Source: Tubulanus polymorphus
Lineage: Eukaryota > Animalia > Nemertea
Length of the DNA: 64,000 bases
Direction of reading: 5' to 3'
Assembly: GCF_964204645.1 (NCBI RefSeq)
Contig: NC_134025.1
Location: forward strand, 10,354,001-10,418,000
The notes under the pieces are model-generated. The model was not told where the DNA came from. It made no database searches and saw only the letters and a list, made by a program, of their open reading frames with translations. How positions within the stretch are numbered: position 1 is the first letter of the stretch; every line of letters begins with the position of its first letter. Shown piece by piece: positions 1-13,964 of the stretch. Position numbers and translations under genes: made by a program.

Positions 1-147
1 TGGCACGGTTACAGGGCAGAGACCGTCTTAATTACTATTACCATACAATCTGTACACTTGAAACAGCGGTGAAAGGCTTGATTTCGAAGTCAGTTTGAAA
101 TAAAGCATGAGATTTTCAATTCGTCCTTCGTCCCAAATTCATTTCGT

Positions 148-426
148 TTAACCCTTTCAGTGCGTCTACACTGCAGTGCGGTGTATAAATCAGTATTTAT
201 ACATATTGATATCGATGTATTGATGTAATTATCTCTCTTAAAAAATGGCAGCACATGTCAAACAGAAGTAACATGTCAAATACTAGTAACTGATGATACA
301 CCGCACCGCGGTGTAGATGCACTGTAGTGGTATCCCGTTATTCAACACACTAGGGTGGAATTTTTAAAAATTTCCAATTATCTCCAGCACAATAGGATAT
401 TAATTAGTCAGCACTGAAAGGGTTAA
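148..426. mobile_element. piggyBac-type MITE, family A, copy 1
   Basis: TTAA + CCCTTTCAGTGC ... GCACTGAAAGGG + TTAA; internal ACACCGCACTGCGGTGTA palindromes; 8 copies in the window. Confidence 0.9.
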
Positions 427-1581
427 AAGGTAATCTAAGGTTTTTTTCTCAATTTCTTTTTATTTCGCTCCCCGATCGCTTAATTCATAATGAATTGGAT
501 TTCTTTTTGTTGAAAAAATTATGATTTTTCAGAAAAATCATCCCCCTGCCAAATCCAATTTTTTTCTATAAAAAATTGATTTTTCAGAAAAATCATCCCC
601 CCTCCCAATTATTCTAAGTCCATCAAATCAGTAATTGAACTTATCAAAAAACAATGAAGGCCTAAACAATTAAACCGGTCCCAGCAATTTATCAGGTTCC
701 ACAATGAAACCGGGCCCAGCGACAGGTTCCACAATTACTCCAAAAGAGCAATGAGCAAAATGGAGCAGACACGGTAACAGCAAATTGACATATGGCCACT
801 GCATGTCCGCGTCTCGAGGGCGAATCTGGATTACACAGGCGAACCTCTTCATTGGGAAAGACAAGAGGGGTGCGGGTGCAGTTGACAGCATCTCCTTTTT
901 TCGCCGCCCGATGAATAATCGAGTTACGCGTCTTTTTCGCCGGGCCACGCACATCAAACGCGATCCATTCACTCGTACGCGGTCGCTTTCAACGGCAATG
1001 AACCGACCAATCATACGTGATTATACTCATTTCATATCTAATAATTACTCGTTGATTGGGTTCGAATACGTGTAATTTCGACAAGAGCGCGCCCGGCTAG
1101 CGCGGCGTTATTACCCGGTGATACGCGCGCCGTGGTTAATTGTCTCCGCAGAGAGAATCCGCTCGCATCATCCTCGTCCCGCATATATATATATATACGC
1201 AGGTAGACGGGAAAACTGGCCAACAAAGACGGAGAGCACGACGTCGTTGTCTCTGCGGTTCTTACGCGACGATTATACAAATTTCCATACGGCTAATAAC
1301 TCTCCGAACTACTCTATAATGAAGTTCTAATGGTTCATGAATTTTCATATATGCCGTCGTTTACGCAGAACTCATTTGCCGAGCCGTCAAAGCCCCGGAC
1401 TTCCACGCGGCGAGTTTCGACATTTCCTTACGGAATCTGCGATAGATCGCTCACAACGTCTCTCGATCTTCGCCGAGAAATGCCACTTATACACAGCCAT
1501 ATATGTGCTAGGCCTTAGCCGCGCCGATAAGTTACGAAGATCTAGCGGTATAGTCATCTCGACACTCGAAACTAAGATCTA

Positions 1582-1844
1582 AGCCGCAATCGCGCGGGGA
1601 CGATATGGCTCGCATCAGGCCCATGTCAAATTTGCCGCGTTAACACACGTAAACTACTCTCTCGATACTAAACATCGGTCAAAGCGATGCGAGTCACTTC
1701 CGGAACCAGTGACAATTCACACACATCAATTTGACCCGTGCCCTGGTCAGGCCAAACTCAGGCACAGACCCATTCGGCACCCGTATGAACAGTTGTTCCG
1801 GGCGTAATTTGTCACGGGCCAAAATTGCTCGTTCAATCGCAGCT
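1582..1844. mobile_element. PIF/Harbinger-type MITE, family B
   Basis: Termini of type AGCCGCGATC...GATCGCGGCT, 3-bp TSD CTA, GGCCAAATTTGGCC-rich body. Confidence 0.8.
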
Positions 1845-2052
1845 CTAGGATATGCACTGTAGCCTAGTAGAATACAGTACGCAGTAGCTACTAGCTTTCC
1901 AATCTTCGTCCAAAAGAACACAGCTAACCGATTGAATGGAAAATGCCCTTTTGACAGATTAGGTGAACGAGTCTGCAGTAGGACGTGCAGTGGCGCGAAA
2001 AGGTACAAAGGTAGCCGAAGACCGTCTTCGGGCTTAGGACCGGGCGCTACAA

Positions 2053-2220
2053 CAGTGTTTTCAATAAGAGCCAGGTCCCGGGTCCCAAACCCGTCAGTCG
2101 TTTTTTAAGGACTCACCTGTTTTTTCAAATGAGCTTTCGTTTCAGGGACTGTGACATATCATGGGACCCTCCTGTTTTTTCGAAGGGACCTGGCTTGTTA
2201 ATTTCTTACTAAAAACACTG
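2053..2220. mobile_element. CAGTG-terminated MITE, family E
   Basis: TIR CAGTGTTTTCAATAAG / CTTACTAAAAACACTG; highly similar to 29606-29772. Confidence 0.8.
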
Positions 2221-2471
2221 TTAAACCGCTAGGTTCAAAAGGATTAAGCCACTTTGAAGAATCGGCCGTAGGAGCGCGATAAAACGGAGACGCGTCGCGC
2301 CATACGTCGAGCGAGTGACCAATTTCTGATACACGGCGAATACGTGTGCGACATATTGTTTTACCCCGGGAGAGACGCACTAAACCGGACGGCGAGCAAT
2401 TAATACAAATTGAGATCGTTGCCGCGGTGGACCGTCTCTAACAGCCAGCCGCAGTACGTGGATTTATGTAG

Positions 2472-2478
<7 letters not shown>

Positions 2479-2526
<48 letters not shown>
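2479..2526. repeat. (AT)n microsatellite
   Basis: Perfect AT run of about 24 units. Confidence 0.95.
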
Positions 2527-2532
<6 letters not shown>

Positions 2533-4198
2533 CATGTATGTATATACACATACATATATGTAGGTATAAGTTAAAGAAACAATGTCAAAAACAATGCACG
2601 TATTAGTTCATTAATTTAGTCGGTTGAACGGACGTTTTTGTAGCCGGTCGTTTGTCATTCGTTGACTAATCCGAACTCATTACGGGAGACTACACCGCGG
2701 CCTCGCTGCCGCCGCCGCCGCTGCTGCGTCGCCGGCTTGCCACAAATCACTGTTGCGGCTGCCGTTGTTTAAATGCTATGCGTAACTTATCGTCGGCGGG
2801 TATGAAGACGAATTCGGTTTCATCGAAGAGATCGGAAATCTCGGCGAACATGAAATGAAAATAAAATGGAAGTATCCTGTGCACCCCAAAAATAGGGCAT
2901 ACCGTATAAATAAAAGGGCACCGATCATCGGAAAACACTACCTCATTTTTGGAAGTACAGAGAACAAGCTTATGAACTTAAAACTTTTTAAGTATCAGTT
3001 GATATTCTTTAATATTTTTCATTTTTTATCAAAATTTGCACCCCCTACACCGGCCCTTGGATACGCCCCAGGGCCCAGTTGCACAGTCGTGACATAAGTC
3101 CAAAAGGTAGCCGCGAACCCGAAAGCCATGACTATGCAACTGGCCCCTGGTATCACACCGATTTCTTGATCGGAAGTGCAGCCAAATTCTAATCGTCAAA
3201 TACTAGTTACAATACCAGCGAAGAATCGAATGTCTAAAATTCCCTGTAAGTTATCTCTCTCTCTCGATGACTCTTCTCTGTACAACTCCCTGAAAGTAAC
3301 GACAGACACGTCCAGACACACAATGTGCAGACACGAGTCGCCTGTCACATAACTTGTTCCGATCTTTTCGTTTTTCATTAGTTCAGATATCCGTCGTTAA
3401 TGGCGTTTGTAAAAAAAAAAAAACACAAAACAAGCCAACGCTTTTCTAACAACGGAACCTTGGGGACAGGTAGCTTACCATTGGCTATATAACCTTGACG
3501 TTGATAAACTTTAACCTTGACATTGATAAACTTTGAGTTTGAAATATCTTCCACAGACTTGATGGGTTATAGCTTCGTGATCACACGAGCATTTGAAACC
3601 CAAGCCAAATTTGGCCCATGGCAGAATGGGCTAGCCCAAACTGTTCACATGAGTACCAAATGGTCCTGTTCCTGTTCGAAACTGATTTGTTTATCTCAGG
3701 CTGAGAGCACCAACCTTTTTCTGATAGGTAGTTAACTACGTAGCAGACAATAACTAACTTGGGCACCTGCGTTAGCTACCTTTCATGGCTTTGCGACGGC
3801 CACATGGAAAAGCCCGCTAACCACACCATATTCTATTTCATTGATTTATCATCATTTTGAAAAATAATTCATTAGAACTTATTAAACTCTTATTTCCTTC
3901 ACCCCAGTTATCTCAGTAGGGTTTGATTAATCCTAGATCGTTCGACCTCTCGACTAGTTTATTCAATTCTAGATGATGATCTCGCTGAACTCTAGTAGTG
4001 TAGGCTTTGTTTTGATCGGGTGATAGAGGAAATTGAGCTTCCTCGCTGACATGCATTTACCATCATACATACTCACTGCGCGCGGTAGTACATACTCGTG
4101 AGGACTTGTGAACAATCCCGAGGTTTGGACTCGTGAACAATCCCGAGGTTCCTTGAAATTGAGCTAACCAACTTCTCGTAAACAGAGCAGTACAGTAC

Positions 4199-4495
4199 AG
4201 CGGCGATAACACATGCGGATGATTTGGTCCGGATCAGGCCCGAGTCAAATTTGGCCTGTGCCTAATTAGAAAGCGAGTTCACACGTAAACCACTCGCCCG
4301 ATACTAAACAATACTCAAAACAAAGCGAAGACATTTGCAGAACCAGTTGCAATTCACACATAATGATTTTGACCCGTGCTTAAATTTGGCTCGGGCCTGG
4401 TACAATGTTTTTGGTCGGACAAAATTTGGACCAGGCCCTTTTGGCACTCCTTTGAACAGTTGTTCCGGGCCAAAAGGTATCGTGTGATCACTGCT
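4199..4495. mobile_element. Family B MITE
   Basis: Same body (TAATTAGA...GTAAACCACTC...CCAGTTGCAATTCA) with decayed TIRs. Confidence 0.8.
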
Positions 4496-5684
4496 TATAT
4501 TGCCTGTATAATTCAATACCAAATATATCAATGGTGCCTGAGCTCGAGTAAAGCCTAATAAAATCTCGATTCCAAAAGAACGCACGATTCTCTTTTCGAA
4601 ATTGTCTTCGAATTTCTTTTTTTGTTCTTTCTATATTCGGCGACAGTTCGATTACATTACTCGTTCTAATTTCAACATACACGCCGAGTTCGTGACATCA
4701 ATTTCACTTATACAACTTGACGTTAAGAAGGGTGGAGTCTTCGAGAGTTCGATTGAATGGACGAATCTTTAAATAACCTCCGCAGATGACAATGATCGCT
4801 AAGAAGAAACAGCGTGTATCTCCTGCATGAACGATCACAAAAGGTACAGTAAATTGCACGTCGCGCTTTGTCTTCACAACGACCAAATGGGCAGATTTGG
4901 GAGGTGAACCCGTTGAACTAGTCAACCCCCTTCAAAATTTGAATGTACCCTCCGAAAAGTTCGGAATCTTTTTTGCATTTTTTGCAAAGAAAATTTTAAA
5001 AGGATGAAAAAATGAATTGAAATGGGTGGTGACTTCTGTGGGAAGCCCACAGAAATCTGTGCTTGCAGCCTTCGCATTGCCTTTTCAAATTAAGTGTCAG
5101 GTCCCATTCTCAGGTCCTTAGAAGAATCCTACGATCCAACCTCGAAGACAATAACCATCGTATCATGCCCTGCGCGTAAGTTTGAAACGCTTCTATATCG
5201 GTCTTTATTGCCGGAAATATAAAATCTAAATTTCAATATAACGTACGCGCAGGTGGCATAAAATCGTGGTATTAAGAAACGAATTTAACGAGTTGGAGGT
5301 GGGATAAAGCGGGACCACCTCGTCGTCGACGACGACGGTAGAAAATCAAAGACGGAGTCTCGAGTATCCGTCGATTTATATTCGTAATTGAGTTGAGATA
5401 GAGAAGCACCTAAACAGCCGGGTTACGACGGCGGCAATAGATTTTATTGGATTTTTCCGTGATCTCTTCATAAAAGACATCAAATTTTAACAACTTCCTG
5501 CGGGCAAACAACGTTTGACTTTAAACACGAAATCGATATGTTGCCATAAGATGTTGACTGGGAAAGTCGATGTAGTTGTACACGGCGCGATTTATTCCGC
5601 AGCGTGAAAGCGCATTCGACGTCGAAGGTGAATCAAACTGCCATACGTTCCCGAAGCGAAAATAGAATTACCTATTGTCCTTTA

Positions 5685-5934
5685 CAGAGGCGGATCAAAG
5701 TGAGGGTGCACGGGGTGCACACCCTTTCCTAAAAACGTCAAGATGCGCTTAAATTTTACGGGAAAATGAAAAATATCAAATTGATACCTGAAATTGTTGA
5801 AATTCATAACTTGTTTTCTGTCTCTCCAAAGAAAATGAATCAATATATTGCGATGACTTTTCTTCGGAATGTCCTTTTGATTATACGATATGCCCTCTGC
5901 AACCCTGCCTGAATCAGACACTAAATCCACCCCA
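5685..5934. repeat. GGCGGATC...GATCCRCC-type interspersed repeat
   Basis: The interior is shared in reverse with 2870-3070; similar termini occur at about 33178-33475, 47746-48050 and 53886-54230. Confidence 0.5.
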
Positions 5935-6710
5935 GCTTTAACTCGCTAACTATGAGTTGAATTTTTGAAATTAAATATTCATTTCCACAAGAGTCTGCTA
6001 GCCAGGTTTACTTGAGTACCCGTTTAGCCGTTTATCATTTATCCAAAATGGCTTTATCAGATCAAGTGAATAAGCGATGACCTAACTTGACTTCTTTATG
6101 CAAGTAGTCATTAAAAATGAACTTATTGAAATCAGCATTGAATAATAAATCAAGGTATATCTTATCAAAGTATCAAGAGTCCTAAAAATATGCTAAAAAT
6201 ACTGAAAATGTATTCTTATACATGCCATTCATTTATGAGCCTAGTTTTAAGATCAACAAGGCTAGTTTTCAGATCAAAGTCTGGATAGATGTCACATTCC
6301 CCGATACATTTGACTAGTCACTTTCTAGAACTTTCAACAACTTTCTGCGAAGTACACCAGAAAACACGATACAAAACAGAACAAACGGAACAAACGCTGG
6401 TGACACCTGTACTCAATGCAACATATTCACGATGAACAGCGTAATATCTGATATGACTATTATTTATTAACTTTTTCACCGGGATCGCATCAATGGGATA
6501 TTGCTTTTTTCGATCGGCAAGAAACCGACTGATCCGTCTGAATATAGAGCGTGTGATTAACTGTCACGTCGATATTTTATTATTTGATTATTCAAGGTGA
6601 AGATAACATCTTAATCATGAACGATTACAATTCGACAATTAATTCCAACAAAGCATATGAGCAATCGTGAATCCGTTAAATATAACGGTATGCATATTGA
6701 GAATCAACAC

Positions 6711-6994
6711 TTAACCCTTTCAGCGCTGACTAATTAATACCCGAAAGTGCTGGAGATAATTTGATAAATTAAAAAAAAAATCCATCCCAGTGTGAACTGA
6801 ATAATGGGCATACCGCTTTAGTGCGTCTACACCGTGGTGCGGTGTATCATCAGTTACTGTTTGACAGGTGCTGCCATCTTTTAATGCGATAAAATAATTA
6901 CTAATAACATCAATACACCTCGATGCGGAGTATTCGCAAAATCAAACACCGTTTTATATACCACACTGCGGTGTAGACACACTGAAAGGGTTAA
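6711..6994. mobile_element. piggyBac-type MITE, family A, copy 2 (opposite orientation to copy 1)
   Basis: TTAA TSDs at both ends, same TIRs and body as copy 1. Confidence 0.9.
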
Positions 6995-7716
6995 AGCATT
7001 GGGGAATTTGGAAATGGATAAAAAGAAATTCATATGTATATGCATTTGGGAATGTACAAAGTATAAAAACTAGTTTTACTTTGTCTGCAGTAGTTGATGT
7101 CTGGATTACAGAGCTGTGAGGTTTACGTTTTACACACCGAGTTTACACACCTAGTTTACGATCTGTTCTGAAATTAAGTCATTTCTTTGTTATCTCTGGT
7201 TTATGAGCCTATGAAAAGTGTGTATTCAAAGTCTATGTTTTTACGAAGAGTCAATAAACTCGAATTAGAAATTCTTGCTTATCTTTAGTTTATGAGTGAA
7301 TTCTTGCGCATGACTCAAAGTTAAATTTTCTTGATTGTTTCACACTATGAGTAGCCGAACTTTATTTTCAACGCGGTTACTTGGGTTCGGACCTCAGCTA
7401 CGCGGAAATTAAAGGGCCAAAAACTTACTCATATTTCTTTTTCAGTTTCTGTAAAATCTCTTAGCACATTCGTATTTCAAGTGAGAATGCTAGATGATAT
7501 TTCATATCAGTGGATGGACCAAGGTCATAATGGTTGAGCTGAGTGTGGTTAGGCAGTCAAAACCCATACTCGCGTAGTTTACAATGATACATTGAAAAAA
7601 ATTATGCTATTTGCCTAATTCATTCTACGTTTGAATCATCGGAGCTGATCATCGACATGTATAAACATGATACAAGGTGTATAGATATAAGCTGCTACCA
7701 GCTATACGCTGTATCA

Positions 7717-8006
7717 AGCCACGATCAAACAAGTAGTTTTGGCCCGTGCCAAATTAGGTCCGGCACGACGTTTCACACGGGTGCCAAATGGGTCCGAAAA
7801 CGTCGGACCGGGCTGTAGCTAAATTTCAGCACGGGTTAGATTATTGCGCGTGAATTGCAACTTTTTTCAGAAATGACTTATTTCACTTTCGCTAAGCGTT
7901 TTTTTAGTATCAATTGAGTGGTTTACGCATTTTTCTCTTATCAGACACGGGCCAAGTTTGACTCAGGCCTGATCAGGGCCAAATCATCTCCATGCGATCG
8001 ACGGCT
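7717..8006. mobile_element. Family B MITE (reverse orientation)
   Basis: AGCCACGATC ... GATCGACGGCT with the family B body. Confidence 0.8.
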
Positions 8007-9524
8007 TTAGTATATATATAGTTTATATAAGAGATGTAGAAGATATGTCATAGAAGATATGTCATATAGGTGCAAAACAGTCAATCTTTTAAACTATCAT
8101 ATTTACTTGGTGGGTGGCACTACAGAAATTGTAAGACAATATTCACATTGTCATCACAACGATAGCTTTAAGAACGTTGCTAAAAGGATCTACAGAGTAT
8201 TGCCTACTTTTTATTTGTTACGGGAACTATGGAATTGTGTGTAGGTTTGACAACACGTGCCACAAAGTCCTTTGAATGATGAAATTGAAGTTTTTCAAAC
8301 AGCCTTTTCAATACGATAGCCAAGAGATAAGATTCGAAATTTAGCCCAACTGCAATACAATTCCCTTCGTCGTAAAAACAACTTCTAGACATGATCTGTC
8401 CGACTCTCCCGCGACGACATTGAGAACCTGGATACAGACATCGTAATCAATGAAATCATTTTATTGTAACCGTATACCGTTGTTATGACCGAACCTAGAT
8501 AAGGCAGGGAGCCAACTTCGATTCAAATATCATAGTCGATAAACCTCCTTGTTTCCTGAAATACGTAGGCGCTTGCTCGTAAGAGCGAAGAAAAATTGTT
8601 ACTCGCGTACTTCAAGATGGTTCCAGGTTACAATTTGAACCGAAGGCGTCCACACACCGGCACTATTGTGCGTAGTACATTCTTACGCATTTAGCGAAGC
8701 GAGCTGTGGCAAGAATGCATGCAACGTACGACCATATTTACCACATATCAGCACCATTTACAAGCGACTTTTTTGTCGTCCTTGTCAAATCTATTCGAAT
8801 ATAAAGGAAGTCTTCCGTTCCTTTTACATCTACATCGGGATTGAGGGTCTCGCAAGGGAAAAATTGTGATTTCATCAATTCAAGTAACCCTATACCATAC
8901 AGAAAGTGAAACTCATATATGAATCAACAATTTTCTATTCTGAACGTGCTGGCTGCAATCATCATTTTTTGAGAAACGACGCATGCGCATTGACGACGAA
9001 TGCAATGCAAAGTGCGTTTAAGTTCCCCGCACACGCGCGCGTACTTCGCCCTACATCAGCACGCCTTTGGCCCGAGAAACTTCTGACCTGGATCAAAGCG
9101 AACATCGAACTATGAAATCGGAGTCATATGCGCGTAAATGCTCATTAAAACGAGAAATTTCTTAATTCAAATAAGACAATTTATGCGCGTCGACTCATGC
9201 CTCATGTCTGGAACGGGCGTAATCGTTCCATTCACGAAAAACTTTTTAAAAAAAGGTTCTAGTAATGTCCAAACGGTCTGTTCTCTCTATCTAATCGAGT
9301 CTGCAACACCGGAATGGAAAAAAGAGATGAAAAAAAAAAAAAAAATCTAAAGCCAACAATAGCCGATCGGTTTTTGTTGCACTTTGTCTCCTTTCATCTA
9401 TCGCGAGTTCAAAGTCGCAATCGAGTGACAATCCATGTTAGTTCGACAGGTGAAATCCAGCTCCGTCGACTGTGAGTTAATGAAAGCATAACATTCGATA
9501 CTGCGCCGAGCGAGAGCGAGCAAC

Positions 9525-9550
9525 AGAGAGAGAGAGAGAGAGAGAGAGAG
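9525..9550. repeat. (AG)n microsatellite
   Basis: AG run of about 13 units. Confidence 0.9.
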
Positions 9551-10340
9551 CGATGGACATCATCGAAAAGTGCATTAAAGCATAAATGGCATAAATGGAA
9601 ATTAAGAAACAATTCGAAATACGGCCGATCTCTCCGCCAACGAAAACACCGCCTAACTATCGGAATTAATCAAATAAAACCACGCCATAACGGTTTTCGG
9701 TTCCGCGAGGTTTTCATCTTTAACTCGCAGTAGATTCATGAATGATCGAGGCTATGATCGGGTTGCATCATAGAACGTAACATACCATCGGTTTTAGGTC
9801 ATTTAAAGAACTAAAAAACCCTCAGATCAAGTCGCTCGTTGAGGTCTTTTAATGAACTCCATAACCTTCAGGTCCGGTTGCTCGTTTAGCCCGGACAATC
9901 GACGCAGCCATATTAGTAGGGTTGAATCATTCACCAGATCGATATTTCCAGATTGGCTATAGAATAGATTGGTCGCCTAGACTGACTACGACATCCCCAG
10001 AATCGATTTTCAGCCTCTCGAACATTCGAACTGGGCCTAATTTTCCATGATAATAATAATATTAATAACAAAAATAATAATAATAATGATATAAATATAT
10101 GTATAAAATAAGCGTTTAACTATAAGTAATGTTAATGCATATGTATGGTATACATATAATGATAATTGATTTTGAAGCGAAAGCTATTGGATTTGCATAC
10201 ATTCATACTATCATGAGCCGTACTGGACCTTAGAAATCAATGCACAGTTTTTATCAATATCCAAAATTGATAATTTTTTGGCGTATCCTTCTTTCTATTT
10301 TTTTTTTACCGTACCGGTCGATCGAGAGCTTGGTCAATAT

Positions 10341-10378
10341 ACATACCTGAAAATAGACAAACATAACCAACCATTAGA
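10341..10378 (-). other. Candidate recursive splice site (ratchet point) RP2
   Basis: Minus strand: TCTAATggttggttatgtttgtctattttCAG|GTATGTat; AG at 10348-10347, GT at 10346-10345; a second donor ACG|GTAAAA lies 37 nt downstream (10309). Confidence 0.6.
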
Positions 10379-10618
10379 TTCGCATACAAAGTTATAGATT
10401 TACACATATTTCTCAAACATATTATATTCCGCAAAATTCAAGCTTCAGATTTAGAGTCGTGAATTCACATAGATTAAAAGATAAAACCTCAATATTCATA
10501 ACTATAACTGTTTTTTCTTTTGTAGAATGCCGATATTGGTGATGTAGTGCACATCGACTCGCACAGAACCTAGCTTAAATAACGCATAGTAGTTATCAAT
10601 AATTTGTTATGAATGTAT

Positions 10619-10899
10619 TTAACCCTTTCAGTGCTGACTAACTAATACCCTATAGTGCTGAAGATAATTTGAAAACTCTGAAAAATTCCACCCTAGTGTG
10701 TTGAATAACGGGAATAGCACTATAGTGCGTCTACACCCTGGCGCGGTCTACACCCTGGCGCGGCATATCGTTAGTTACTAATATTTCACTATGTTTGACA
10801 GGTGCTGCTATCTCTCATGAGAGATTAGTAATTACTAATTAAATCAATAATTAATGATTCGTACACCGCACTGCGGTGTAGACGCACTGAAAGGGTTAA
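10619..10899. mobile_element. piggyBac-type MITE, family A, copy 3
   Basis: TTAA TSDs, CCCTTTCAGTGC TIRs, small internal duplication of TCTACACCCTGGCGCGG. Confidence 0.9.
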
Positions 10900-11158
10900 T
10901 AAAGTCGGGATTATAACGCAGGAAGGGCATCTGAACGATCTAAAGCAAATATCTCGTAGACCGCAAGTTTGAGAATCTTTTGTAAGGCACATTTTTTGGC
11001 AGCAATGCCATCATAGATCATAAAAAGGAGCTTAGTTTATTTCTTGCGTGATTTACATAGACATATATCTCAAGGTGAAATATATCGAGCCTCTCTTATA
11101 CGGACAAAAGTCCTTTAGAATACTTATAATGACGATTTGACAAGTACAGAAAACTAGT

Positions 11159-11448
11159 CTAATCCTTACAGTGCTGACTAACTAATACCCTTAAGTGCCG
11201 TTGATTATTCAAAAATTTTAAAAATTACCACCCTAGTATGTTGAATAAGAGGCCTACTGCTTAAATGCGTCTATATCGCGGTGCAGTGTATCATCATTAG
11301 TAACTAATATTTTACTCTGTCATCATTTTAATTTGAGATAAAAACTAAATTACTGATTACATCAATACACCATGATGCAGTGTACTAGTAAAGGCCATCA
11401 CATATTTATATACACCGCACTGTGGTGTAGATGCACCGAAAGGGTTAA
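11159..11448. mobile_element. piggyBac-type MITE, family A, copy 4 (decayed left end)
   Basis: CTAATCCTTACAGTGC ... GCACCGAAAGGGTTAA with the family A body. Confidence 0.85.
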
Positions 11449-13964
11449 ACACCATAATTAGAAAATTACATATGCGTATTTATCGATGAAATAGATTTCA
11501 AGATTTCTGATCAGATGCGTTATCTTCCGACGAATGCAACGTATAATCCAGGTTCATCATCATCGTCAACATCGATTTCGTATTTACGCATGCGCCGAAC
11601 AAAATTTCGATTTTCGTTCTAATTTTAGCGCAACATAAAAAAAATTCGAATATCGATTCACTTATAATTGAAGAACATACACATTAGCTATAGGGAAAGC
11701 AACTAAGTCCATTACCAAGTAGCGGCCTGCGGCTAAACTAGGGTGTCGACATTTTCGGTTTACCCTGAATATTGAAAACCGTCAATATTGCAATGATCAA
11801 CAACGCACTCGTACACGCGTTAATGTCATAATATGTAACAGGTCGTAAAAACGTATCAAGTTGATTTTCGATAACCACCTTAACCGCACTGCCGGGAATT
11901 AGGATGGAAAAAAGCGGCCGGCCGGATCGCACTCAGCGTTTTATGCATTATACGTCCCCCTCGATAGAAATAATTCAACGCGAGCACTGAACAGACCTCG
12001 AACGGTCGGTCCTCGATATGGTAGACAACACGCGAACATTGATACAGCAATCCCTCATGTCTGCCAATTCCAATTGATAGCAAGCCATTCATAAAACCGG
12101 CTGAACGTGCATTGTGTTCATGAAAGATTGATAATTGTCCAATCCAGATTTATTCTCGAAGCTGGATAATAAGGACTTAATCTGCCCGTGTATGCGGCGA
12201 ACAACCGATGCACCGCGCCGCCGCGAAAATGGACGACATTTTTATAGATTATCAATTAAACCGGCTCCGGCGCACGGTTCCACCTGACCCAAAGTTTGAC
12301 ATTAATTCCTTCAGTCGGATCCATCATATTCAACTCAACGGTCAATCAATCGCATGATCGGAATGGATGATCGAAACAAAGAAAATTCTGGGCCCATGCC
12401 TGTCTGGCTGGGGCCCATTTGGTACCCCTGTGAACAGTTGCCAGAACGCTTGTGTGATCGCGGCTTAAGCCTCCACGTCAAACCAATAAATCTTGAAGTT
12501 TCATAATGAAATGGCCATATGCTCGGTAAATTTTCAAAATCCAATATCGCTACCAGGCAGCTCTCGAGGATTTACCTCAACTTGTATATAGCAGCGGGTA
12601 AAAGGGGAATTTTCTTGAATTCATGAAATGTCATTAATCCAGCAATGAAAATAACCGAGATTTTGTGATTGCGAAGCATATGCAGCTTTTAGTGTTTTGT
12701 TACTAAACCTTTGCACCTAAATAGATGGCATTGAATGATCAGTCTTCGAATTTCCACTTTTATATAAACATACATACATACATATAAAATAATAGCATTT
12801 GAGAGCTGTAGAACATTTTTCCAAGCAGGCAAATACCGGTAAATTCACGTAGCTCGAAGAGCATTTGCGAAATAATATAAACCGGGAATAAAAGAGTAGA
12901 GGACTATTGAGTTGAAACAAACCGATAAAACGCGCGTATATCCGTCAAGCGCTCAGCGGGTTACATCCGAACGCCGCGATGGCAGCCGCGATCGCTCCGA
13001 ACCGTCGAAACATCTTTGTGCGGCCATAATTTCATTAGACCGAGGCATTTACACGACGAATGATTTTTTGTTTGTCGAAGATTATTGCCCGATGCTAGCG
13101 GTGATGGCGATTATGTTTTATGTTCCACCGCCAATTTTCGAAAAATTTCAGCAAATACACGCCAATTTTCAGAGGCCAGATACGAAGCCGATGAATCAGG
13201 GAATTAAGCTGTTTGTTTAGAGTCATTTATCATAGCGCGCAAGCCTCGGCGCACGGGCAACGATGGCGGTAAACCAGGGGAACACCTATATGACCGTATT
13301 AGCATCCACGGTTTATGTTCATTGGTGAGAAATTCCCCGGCAATTTTGGCCAATTGAAATAAATTGATGAAGTTATCATTTGCCTTCGCATAGAGGACAG
13401 TGCTATTCAATTCCTAGAGCCATATACAAACTCCTAAAATTTCGAAACCTATCGCCGTTGTATACTACAGGCATAACTGAGAACATAGCAAAGATCAAAC
13501 TTAAGTGATTAATTTCGATTTTTTCGAATATTCAGGTGAACATAAACACTACTGCGACTTAAAAAGTATTCCATCGTCTGTCTCTTTAGCTCTACGAAAA
13601 TATGAATAGGTTTCGAATTTTTCGATTAATACACACCGTACACTTCAAACGACGAATACGCAGCATGGGAGTACGAAGATGGATGCCTGCGAGGCACAGT
13701 GAGTCATATTTTTTGAGTTTATAGAAAAACGAAGATATTCTACAGGCTACAAAAATACGGCGAACATGGTGAAAAAAATAAACACTCCTACATTAAGGTA
13801 CATATAGTCTCGTCGGCGAGAGGGAGGCTACTGAAAATGTACGTTAGAAGACAATGATTCGACATTTAAACAGGCAAACCGCACATCGCTATAGCACCAA
13901 TGTAAAAAGGATAAAAAGATATCCATCAAATGAAAGGGCAGAAAATGTTTGATTAAACTCCATG

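Noticed and set aside
2108-2130. Minus-strand CAG|GTGAGT
   Set aside because: Preceded by an A-run rather than pyrimidines and located inside the family E MITE
7423-7465. 20-nt minus-strand microexon (ttttacag|...|gtaagt)
   Set aside because: Contains a stop in phase 1, has a short pyrimidine tract and sits in AT-rich sequence resembling a decayed transposon
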